A DNA stretch of 64,000 bases, taken from Candidatus Omnitrophota bacterium. Lineage in GTDB: Bacteria > Omnitrophota > Gorgyraeia > Gygaellales > JBFMHM01. The stretch spans positions 20,467 to 84,466 of the forward strand of contig JBFMHM010000006.1 of assembly GCA_040753015.1 (NCBI GenBank), written 5' to 3'. Below are positions 49,778 through 58,500 of the stretch, piece by piece. A program made the translations under genes and the position numbers. The first letter of the stretch is position 1. Every line of letters begins with the position of its first letter. Under the pieces are notes generated by a model. It was not told the DNA's origin. It was given only the letters and a program-made list of their open reading frames with translations, and searched no databases.

Positions 49778-51970
49778 ATGTGCGTAAGGCAAGAAGCTCT
49801 ATTCAATATTAAACCAACGGAATTCCCTAAAAAAGAAGATTTCAAAAAAGTATCCAGCTATTTTGGCGAAAATACATTTAGCTTAGATACGATGAAAAAA
49901 TACATTTCCTCAGAAACTTTTAAGGCATTTAAGTCATGGATGCAGGAAGGCAAGATTATTACAATTGATCAGGCAAACGAAATTGCTAATGCAATGAAAG
50001 AGTGGGCGACATCAAAAGGGGCTACTTATTACACGCATTGGTTTCAGCCAATGACTGGTCTAACAGCAGAAAAACACGATAGCTTTATTTCAATCACTGG
50101 CCCGGGAAAAGTTATTGAGAAATTTTCTGGTTCAAAATTAATTCAAGGTGAGCCGGATGCAAGCTCTTTTCCTTCGGGCGGCATTCGGGCAACATTTGAA
50201 GCAAGAGGTTATACTGCATGGGATCCAACGAGTGCAGCATTTATCATTGAGAGCAAGTTGGGAAAAACTCTTTGTATTCCCACAATCTTTATTTCTTATC
50301 ACGGTGATGCCTTAGACAAAAAACTCCCACTTTTAAGATCTGATGAAGCCTTAAATAAGGCGGCAGTTAATTTCTTAAAACTTTTTGGCCATCAAGATGT
50401 AAAAAAAGTTTATTCAACTTGTGGGCCAGAGCAAGAATATTTCTTGATTGATAAAAATTACTATAATTTACGGCAAGATTTATTGTTAACTGGGCGTACG
50501 CTTGCTGGAGCACCTTCGCCTAAAGGCCAGCAGCTTGAAGATCAATATTTTGGCACCATTAAAGAACGCGTTCTTAACTTTATGTTTGAGGTAGCAGAAG
50601 AGGCCTATAAGCTGGGTATTCCAATTACAACCCGTCACAACGAAGTTGCCCCACATCAATATGAATTTGCGCCAATTTTTGAAGAATCAAATATTGCTGC
50701 AGACCATAACCAGCTTCTAATGGAATTAATGAAAAAAATTGCTATTCGCCACAATCTTATTTGTTTATTACATGAGAAGCCATTTGCCGGAGTTAATGGT
50801 AGTGGTAAACATTTAAATTGGTCGCTCGCCGACGATAAATGCAACAATTTATTAAACCCTGGCGAAACGCCCGAAGATAATTTACAATTCTTAGCAGTCC
50901 TCGCGGCAGTTCTGCGTGCAGTCTATTTACATTCTGATTTGCTACGTGCAAGCGTGGCTATTGCTGGAAATGAACATAGGCTTGGTGCAAATGAAGCGCC
51001 TCCCGCAATAATTAGTGTATTTTTAGGCGAACAGCTAACGACAATTTTAGAAATGATCGAAAAAGGTGCTAAGAAAAAAGTCTCTAAACACGATATTATT
51101 GATTTAGGTATTTCACGTTTACCGAAATTTAATAAAGATACAACCGATAGGAACCGCACATCGCCATTTGCCTTTACTGGGGCAAAGTTTGAATTTAGGG
51201 CAGTTGGTTCATCACAAAATATTTCTACACCTATTACAATCATTAATACTATAATTGCTGAAAGCCTTGATTATATCTCAGAAAAAATTGCTAAAGAGGC
51301 AAAACATGGTGATTTTAATACAGTTGTATTAAAAGTTATTGCTCAGATTATTAAGGAAAGCAAAGATATTTGTTTTGAAGGCAATAATTATTCAGGGGAG
51401 TGGGTGAAAGAAGCAAAAAAACGCGGCCTTCCTAATATTGCTTCAACTATTGAGGCACTTGAGGCATTTGTTGAAGAAAAGAATATCAAATTATTTGAAA
51501 AATATAAGGTTTTTTCGAAGCAAGAAATTGTTGCCCGTTATCATATTTGGGCACATATGTATGATTTAACCTTGGAAATCGAGGCAAATACCCTAAATGA
51601 AATGGTTAATGCAAGCGTTGTGCCATTTGGGCTTCAGTATCAAGAGCTTTTGGCAGAGAATCTTTCAAGGATAGCTCATCTTAAAAAAGATGCAAAGTTG
51701 ACTATTGATAAGAAAGCATTTGATGATTTAAAAGAACATCTTTCAGAAGTAGTTTCAAAAATTTATTATGTTAGAAAGAATACTAAAGAAATGGTTAAGC
51801 TCTTAGAAAGAGCATCAAAGCTTGACGCTGAAAAGCGTGCAGAAGTTTATTTCAAAGAACTAAAACCATTGATGGAGCATATTCGTAGGCATGTTGATGA
51901 CTTAGAAAAAGTTGTTTCTGATGAGCATTGGGATTTACCGAAATATAGAGAGATGTTATTTATTAAATAA
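49778..51970 (+). CDS. glnN: glutamine synthetase type III
   Basis: ~730-aa GS with GSIII-specific N- and C-terminal extensions. Start at 49778 follows a GGAGG RBS. The ORF-track start 49691 would include the leader terminator. Confidence 0.85.
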   Translation: MCVRQEALFNIKPTEFPKKEDFKKVSSYFGENTFSLDTMKKYISSETFKAFKSWMQEGKIITIDQANEIANAMKEWATSKGATYYTHWFQPMTGLTAEKHDSFISITGPGKVIEKFSGSKLIQGEPDASSFPSGGIRATFEARGYTAWDPTSAAFIIESKLGKTLCIPTIFISYHGDALDKKLPLLRSDEALNKAAVNFLKLFGHQDVKKVYSTCGPEQEYFLIDKNYYNLRQDLLLTGRTLAGAPSPKGQQLEDQYFGTIKERVLNFMFEVAEEAYKLGIPITTRHNEVAPHQYEFAPIFEESNIAADHNQLLMELMKKIAIRHNLICLLHEKPFAGVNGSGKHLNWSLADDKCNNLLNPGETPEDNLQFLAVLAAVLRAVYLHSDLLRASVAIAGNEHRLGANEAPPAIISVFLGEQLTTILEMIEKGAKKKVSKHDIIDLGISRLPKFNKDTTDRNRTSPFAFTGAKFEFRAVGSSQNISTPITIINTIIAESLDYISEKIAKEAKHGDFNTVVLKVIAQIIKESKDICFEGNNYSGEWVKEAKKRGLPNIASTIEALEAFVEEKNIKLFEKYKVFSKQEIVARYHIWAHMYDLTLEIEANTLNEMVNASVVPFGLQYQELLAENLSRIAHLKKDAKLTIDKKAFDDLKEHLSEVVSKIYYVRKNTKEMVKLLERASKLDAEKRAEVYFKELKPLMEHIRRHVDDLEKVVSDEHWDLPKYREMLFIK

Positions 51971-51983
51971 AAAGCTTATCTTT

Positions 51984-52026
51984 AAAAGCGCCCCGATGCG
52001 TATATTACTATCGGGGCGCTTTTTTA
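51984..52026 (+). terminator. intrinsic terminator after glnN
   Basis: 11-bp stem AGCGCCCCGAT/ATCGGGGCGCT, 12-nt loop, TTTTTT. Confidence 0.8.
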
Positions 52027-52054
52027 TTCCATGTATTGTAAATATGTTCTAGGC

Positions 52055-52088
52055 ATACTCGGAAAAAGTCTTGACTTTTTCCGAGTAT
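52055..52088. promoter_or_regulatory. perfect 16-2-16 palindrome overlapping a TTGACT -35-like hexamer (candidate operator)
   Basis: ATACTCGGAAAAAGTC tt GACTTTTTCCGAGTAT. A TAGACT -10-like hexamer lies 16 nt downstream of TTGACT. It is 17 nt upstream of the 52105 start. Confidence 0.5.
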
Positions 52089-52104
52089 AGTGTAGACTTT
52101 AAGT

Positions 52105-53334
52105 ATGGATAAAAGGGTTCTCTATAAAGATTTATGGGATGAATTATCTAAAGATAAGTCTTTGATTATGTTGGCTGGCCCGCGCCAGGCGGGTAAAACT
52201 ACTTTTGCCAAAAGTATTGTAGCAAAAGATTTTTTAGATACTATTTATCTCAATTGGGATATTTCTGCAGATAAAAAACGGCTTATTGAAGACCCCGAAT
52301 TTTTTTCTAAGGAATCTCGTAGTAGTGTTTCTTCGCGCCCACTGGTTATTCTTGATGAAATTCATAAATATCGCGATTGGAAAAATTACCTTAAAGGTAT
52401 TTACGATCAATTTGCCACTAACTATCAGTTTCTTGTTACAGGTAGCGGCCGGTTGGAATTTTCTCGTAAAGCTGGTGACTCACTTGCTGGCAGGTTTCTT
52501 AAATTTCATATTTTTCCTTTAACACTTGGCGAGCTTTTTTATAAGAGAAGAGAGTTAAAAGACTTTATTGGTAATCCATTGAAAGAGTTTGAAGGCCATT
52601 CAGTTAAAACAACAGCTAAGGCCTTCCATCTACTATGGGAATTAAGCGGTTTTCCAGAACCTTTTCTAAAAGGGAAGAAGGCATTTTGGTCTGCTTGGTC
52701 TAGCACATATGGCCAACAAATAGTTAGGGATGATTTAAGGACGATTGCAGATATACGTAATCTTGACATGATTGAGACGCTTTTTGCGCTTGTGCCGGGA
52801 AGAGTGGGAAGCCCCATGTCGATGAATAATTTGGCAGGTGATCTTCAGGTAGCTTTTGATACTGTGAAAAATTGGTTATTACTCTTTGATTCATTTTATC
52901 TTACATTTCGTCTTTCTCCTTGGACATCGAAGCTGTCAAGAAGTATTCTTAAAGAGAAAAAAATATATCTTTTTAATTTCCCAGTTATCGAAGATGAAGG
53001 CAGCCGGTTTGAAAACTTGGTTGCTTTAGAATTATTCAGGGCAATTGAGACTTGGAATGACCGCGGTTTTGGTAATTTTACGTTGCACTATCTTAGAAAT
53101 AAAGATAAGCAGGAAGTCGATTTCCTTTTAGCAAAAAATAACCACCCGTTTCTTTTAATTGAAACAAAACTTTCCGATGAAACTTCTGCTTCAAATTTAT
53201 TGTTTTTTCAGAATTTTTTTAATATTCCTGCTGTACAACTTGTTAAAAAAGAAGGAGTAAAAAAAGTTTTTAGAAATGGCTTAAATAATGTTTTGGTCGT
53301 AACTGCGCACATGTGGCTTGCTGCGTTGCCTTAA
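52105..53334 (+). CDS. AAA+ ATPase, COG1373-like (DUF4143-like C-terminal region)
   Basis: Walker A LAGPRQAGKTT, Walker B VILDEIH, ~410 aa. Confidence 0.65.
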   Translation: MDKRVLYKDLWDELSKDKSLIMLAGPRQAGKTTFAKSIVAKDFLDTIYLNWDISADKKRLIEDPEFFSKESRSSVSSRPLVILDEIHKYRDWKNYLKGIYDQFATNYQFLVTGSGRLEFSRKAGDSLAGRFLKFHIFPLTLGELFYKRRELKDFIGNPLKEFEGHSVKTTAKAFHLLWELSGFPEPFLKGKKAFWSAWSSTYGQQIVRDDLRTIADIRNLDMIETLFALVPGRVGSPMSMNNLAGDLQVAFDTVKNWLLLFDSFYLTFRLSPWTSKLSRSILKEKKIYLFNFPVIEDEGSRFENLVALELFRAIETWNDRGFGNFTLHYLRNKDKQEVDFLLAKNNHPFLLIETKLSDETSASNLLFFQNFFNIPAVQLVKKEGVKKVFRNGLNNVLVVTAHMWLAALP

Positions 53335-53348
53335 TTAGTCAAAAGTAG

Positions 53349-53386
53349 CGCTCCGATTGTGCTTTGCTCATCGGGGGCTCTTTTTA
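53349..53386 (+). terminator. weak intrinsic terminator candidate
   Basis: 7-bp stem CTCCGAT/ATCGGGG (one U.G) followed by CTCTTTTT. Confidence 0.35.
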
Positions 53387-53482
53387 AGCCGAATAAAAAT
53401 ATTTTTAAATTTAGTTATGACTAGATTATGCATATATGATTTATTAACATATATCATTAGGATAATTGGAGCGTGAATTAAA

Positions 53483-55117
53483 GTGAAAGATAATTTGTTG
53501 AGAATAGGTCTTGCCCAAATAAATTCTTGCGTTGGGGATTTAGAAGGTAACCGGAAAAAAATCTTTGAATTTGTTGAAAAAGCAAAAGAAAATGCTTGCG
53601 ATTTAGTTGTGTTCCCCGAGCTTGCTATTACGGGCTATCCTCCTGAAGACCTGCTTTTAAAAAAACATTTCATCTCGGATAATATAAAAACTCTAAACTC
53701 TTTGGTTAAAGAAATTAAGCAAATTACAGCTGTTATTGGTTTCGTTGATCAAAATAAAAATCATATTTTTAACGCTGCAGCAGTAATTACCGATGGAAAA
53801 TTAAAGGGTATTTATCATAAAAAAAACCTTCCAAATTATAGTGTATTTGACGAAAAAAGATATTTTGAATCTGGTTTTAAAAACCCATTATTTAAGGTTG
53901 GTAAATTTATTTGTGCAGTTAATATCTGTGAAGACATTTGGGAAGAGGGCGGAGTCTATGCGCAGCAGAAAAAATCTGGAGCAAATTTATTGATCAATAT
54001 TTCCGCCTCACCCTATTATATCGATAAGATTAATTTAAGGAAAAAAATGTTATCCCGCCGTGCAAAAGATCTGAATGACTTTGTTTGTTATTGCAATTTA
54101 GTTGGCGGACAAGATGAGCTTGTTTTCGACGGTGGAAGTTTTATTTTTGATAAAAAAGGGAAATTGATTGCTTTCGGTAAGCAATTTCAGGAAGATTTAT
54201 TAATCGCCGATTTAGGAATTGTAGGGGCGGCCCCAAGTGGCCGCCCGAAGAATATCGGACAGCCACGCCAAATGTCGCGATTAGAGGAAGTTTATAGCGC
54301 CTTAGTTTTAGGGACAAGAGATTACATAACCAAAAATGGATTTAAAAAAGTAGTTATTGGCTTAAGCGGAGGAATTGATTCTGCTTTAGTTGTAGCAATT
54401 GCCGTAGATGCGCTTGGCCGTGAAAATGTAGTCGGTGTTTCTATGCCATCACAATATACATCTCTTGGAACAAAAACCGATGCCGAAATTTTAGCAAAAA
54501 ACCTCAAGATAAAATTTTTAACTATCCCTATCGACGGGATATTTAATACTTACTTAGATAATCTTCAAAAAGAATTTTCTGGTAGAGCAAAAGATACAAC
54601 TGAGGAAAATTTGCAGGCGCGTATTCGCGGCAATATCTTGATGTCTTTATCGAATAAATTTGGCTGGCTTGTTTTAACAACTGGCAATAAAAGTGAAACG
54701 TCTGTTGGATATTGCACGTTGTATGGAGATATGGCAGGCGGATTTGCTGTGATAAAAGATGTTTTTAAGACGCTTGTCTATGATTTGGCGTATTTTAGAA
54801 ACGAAAAAGATAAAATTATTCCGGAAACTATTTTTACGCGATCTCCTTCCGCAGAATTAAAAGAAAATCAGAGGGATCAAGACAGCCTTCCAGATTATGA
54901 AGTTTTAGACCATATCTTAAAGGGCTATATTGAGGAAGACAAAAGTATTGAACAAATAATTGCAAAAAAATTTGACGCAGATATAGTTAAAAAAGTTATT
55001 AAATTAGTGGATACTAATGAATATAAGCGCCGTCAAGCGCCGCCAGGCATAAAGATTACACCAAAAGCATTCGGTAAAGACCGCCGTTTACCAATTACTA
55101 ATAAATATAATAAATAA
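53483..55117 (+). CDS. nadE: glutamine-dependent NAD+ synthetase (nitrilase domain + NAD synthetase domain)
   Basis: GTG start. N-terminal CN-hydrolase, C-terminal PP-loop GLSGGIDSALV. Contains a GC hairpin insert at 54225-54246. Confidence 0.9.
   Translation: MKDNLLRIGLAQINSCVGDLEGNRKKIFEFVEKAKENACDLVVFPELAITGYPPEDLLLKKHFISDNIKTLNSLVKEIKQITAVIGFVDQNKNHIFNAAAVITDGKLKGIYHKKNLPNYSVFDEKRYFESGFKNPLFKVGKFICAVNICEDIWEEGGVYAQQKKSGANLLINISASPYYIDKINLRKKMLSRRAKDLNDFVCYCNLVGGQDELVFDGGSFIFDKKGKLIAFGKQFQEDLLIADLGIVGAAPSGRPKNIGQPRQMSRLEEVYSALVLGTRDYITKNGFKKVVIGLSGGIDSALVVAIAVDALGRENVVGVSMPSQYTSLGTKTDAEILAKNLKIKFLTIPIDGIFNTYLDNLQKEFSGRAKDTTEENLQARIRGNILMSLSNKFGWLVLTTGNKSETSVGYCTLYGDMAGGFAVIKDVFKTLVYDLAYFRNEKDKIIPETIFTRSPSAELKENQRDQDSLPDYEVLDHILKGYIEEDKSIEQIIAKKFDADIVKKVIKLVDTNEYKRRQAPPGIKITPKAFGKDRRLPITNKYNK
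54225..54246. repeat. GC hairpin GGGCGGCC-ccaagt-GGCCGCCC in frame within nadE
   Basis: 8-6-8 perfect inverted repeat in an otherwise AT-rich gene, translated as GAAPSGRPK. Sits in the inter-domain linker. Confidence 0.5.
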
Positions 55118-55291
55118 TTTTGTTACCATATTATATTAATTTTTACTTATAATAATAGGCACGCGGTAGTGCTTATTATATAGAAATTTAACAAAGACGT
55201 TCGTTGTGGTATATAAAGCGCCATGATGAACGTTTTTTTATTGGGAACAATTGATTAAAAGTTAGGCAGAGTTTGCTAAAAAATTATACAT

Positions 55292-55507
55292 ATGGATAAA
55301 AAGATTATTGATGAATATTTTTTAATATTTTCGAAGGGCGAAATTTATTCAAAGGCAATTTTAGATACAGAAAGACTTTTGATTGAGAAGGCGCTTGAAT
55401 ATTCATCAGGTAATCAGATTATTGCAGCAAAGATTCTAGGAATGAATAGAAACACGCTAAGAACGAAAATTAAAAAATTGAATATTGATATAAAGGTATA
55501 TAAATGA
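55292..55507 (+). CDS. Fis-type helix-turn-helix DNA-binding protein (71 aa)
   Basis: C-terminal GNQIIAAKILGMNRNTLRTKIKKLNI matches the Fis/NtrC-type HTH. Overlaps the gltB start by 4 nt. Confidence 0.55.
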   Translation: MDKKIIDEYFLIFSKGEIYSKAILDTERLLIEKALEYSSGNQIIAAKILGMNRNTLRTKIKKLNIDIKVYK

Positions 55508-58500
55508 TCGATAGCCGTAAAGAAAAATTATCCGCCGTAGGCCCGTGGCTTCGCCGCGAGGCGAGCGAGACCTCGTCACTGTATGACGGGGAACAATTTG
55601 GTTTATATGACCGGCGTTTTGAGCACGATGCCTGTGGTGTAGGTTTTGTATGCGACATTAAAGGAAGGAAGTCGCACGATATTATACAAAAAGGCATTGA
55701 GGTTTTAAGAAGGCTGAGCCATCGCGGGGCAGTTGGCGCAGACCCAAAAACCGGTGATGGCGCAGGAATTTTAATCCAAATTCCCGATGAATTTTTAAGA
55801 AAAGAATGTGCTAAATTAAAGATCTCACTGCCTGAATTTGGTAATTATGGCGTAGGTCTGGTATTTTTGCCACAAGATGACAAAGAGCGTAAGTTTTGCC
55901 TCGATGCTTTTGAAAAAATTATTAAGCAAGAAAAAGAAAAATTATTAGGGTTTCGGGAAATCGAAGTTGATAGTTCGATTATCGGTAAAACCGCACAGAA
56001 TACTCAACCAAAAATTAGTCAAATCTTTATTGAGAAGTCAGAGAATGTCAAAAAAGGGTTAGATTTTGAAAGAAAACTTTATCTAATCCGTAAGCAAGTT
56101 GAGAATATAATTTGTGCCTCAACTATTCGACAAAAAGATTTTTTCTATATTACAAATATTTCTTCTCAAACGCTTATCTATAAAGGTCTTTTGATGCCTG
56201 ATCAAGTCGATGGTTTTTTCCCAGAGCTTAAAGATGAATCTTTAACGAGCTCTTTGTGTTTAGTGCATTCTCGTTATAGTACAAATACGTTTCCGACCTG
56301 GGATTTAGCGCAGCCATTTCGATACCTCGCTCATAACGGAGAGATAAATACTTTAAGGGGAAATATTAATTGGATGCAGGCACGAGAGGGCCTTCTAAAG
56401 AGTATTTTTTTTAATAAAGATATAGAAAAATTAAAGCCTGTAATTGTGCCTGGTGGCAGTGACTCTGCGGTAATTGATAATGTTTTTGAATTATTGTTTC
56501 TTTCAGGAAGGTCTCTTAGTCATGTTATGTCAATGCTTATTCCAAGCGCATGGGAGCAGAATAAGGAATTAAACAGCGAATTAAAAAATTTCTATAAATA
56601 TCATGTTTGCTTTATGGAGCCGTGGGATGGGCCAGCTGCAATTGCTTTTACAGATGGAACAAATATTGGCGCTGTATTAGATAGAAACGGCCTTAGGCCT
56701 TGCCGTTACATTGTTACAAAAGATGATTTTGTTGTAATGGCTTCAGAGGTAGGTGTTTTAGATATCGAGCCAAAAAATATTAAACTTTCCGGGCGCCTTA
56801 ACCCAGGAAAGATGTTTTATATTGATACAAAAAAAGGCCGTATTATTGGTGATGATGAAATTAAAAAAGAACTTTCCGCTAAAAAGCCTTATGGAAAATG
56901 GTTAAAAGAAAATTTAGTTAGCTTAGACGATGTGAAAGGTGTGAAGATAAAAGAAAAACAACTAAAAGATACGTTGACATTATTAAAAGCATTTGGTTAT
57001 TCTAAAGAAGATTTAAAAATGATTATTTCTCCTATGGTTCAAAATTCCCAAGAGCCTATTGGTTCAATGGGCAATGATACGCCTTTGGCAGTTTTATCAA
57101 AAAATCCACAGCTACTTTATAGCTATTTTAAACAGTTGTTTGCCCAAGTTACAAATCCAGCAATTGACCCGATAAGAGAAGAAATAGTTATGACTTTAGA
57201 GAGTTTTGTTGGTAGCCAAAAAAATATTTTGGAAGAAACTGATAAACATTGCCATAAGCTATATGTAAAAAATCCAATACTCGAAAATAGAGAGCTAGAA
57301 AAAATAAAGAAAATTAAGCAAAAAGGATTTAAGGCAAAGGTGATATCGATTTTATTCAAAGTAGATGATAAAAAAGATTTTAGGCGGAGATTAGATGAGA
57401 TTTGTAAAGAGGCAGAGCTTGCGATAAAAGACGGCTATTCATTTATTATTTTAAGTGATAAAGGGGTTGCAAGCGAAATGGCGGCATTGCCAGCTTTGCT
57501 TGCAGCGGGCACTATTCATCAATATTTAGTAAAAAAGGCGCTGCGTACGCAAATTGGAATTATTCTTGAAACTGCCGAACCGCGTGAAGTGCACCACTTT
57601 GCGCTTTTATTCGGTTATGGTGTTGATTGCATTAATCCATATTTATCTTATGATGCAATTGAATATTTAATCTCCACCCAGGGCGGATCCGCCTTTGGCG
57701 GAAAAGAGAAAGAGCTTGATTTAGATTACAAAACTGCAATTAAAAATTATCGTAAGGCATTGTCAAAAGGAATTTTAAAAATCCTTTCTAAAATGGGAAT
57801 TTCTACTCTACATAGCTATCGTGGAGCTCAGGTATTTGAGGCAATTGGCATAGCTAATGAAGTTATTGAGAAGAGTTTTTCTGGCACACCGTCGAGAATT
57901 GGTGGTGTGGGATTTGTTGAAATTGAAAAAGAAACATTGCTGCGCCATAGCGAGGCATTTCCGAAAAACAAAAATTTAGAAACCCCGTATCTAGCAATTG
58001 GGGGGTTATATCAATGGAAAAAAGGTGGTGAATTTCATCTTTGGAACCCTGAAACAATAGCAAGCCTTCAAGATGCTGTTAGGAAAAATAATTATTCTAA
58101 ATTTAAAGAGTTCTCAAATTTAATAAATGACCAGTCAAATAATCCTACAACTTTACGGTCGTTATTAAAATTTTCCGCCAAAGGCGAGACCTCGCCGCAA
58201 AGCGGCGGGAAAAAAATAATACCAATACCGCTTGATCAAGTTGAACCAAAAGAAAGTATTTTTAAGCGGTTTGCTACTGGTGCAATGAGTTTTGGTTCTA
58301 TTTCAAAAGGGGCTCATGAGACTCTTGCGTTGGCAATGAATAAAATTGGCGCAAAGTCAAATACTGGCGAAGGTGGGGAAGACCCAGCAAGATTTATCCA
58401 GCTTCCTAACGGAGATTCTTTAAGAAGTGCGATTAAGCAAGTTGCTTCGGGTAGATTTGGCGTAACCACAAATTATCTCGTTAACGCTGATGAGCTGCAA

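Noticed and set aside
52105-53334. COG1373-like ATPase as part of a defence system
   Set aside because: It is a single gene with no nuclease, methylase or partner ORF. It is flanked by housekeeping nitrogen genes, with no accessory-island hallmarks.
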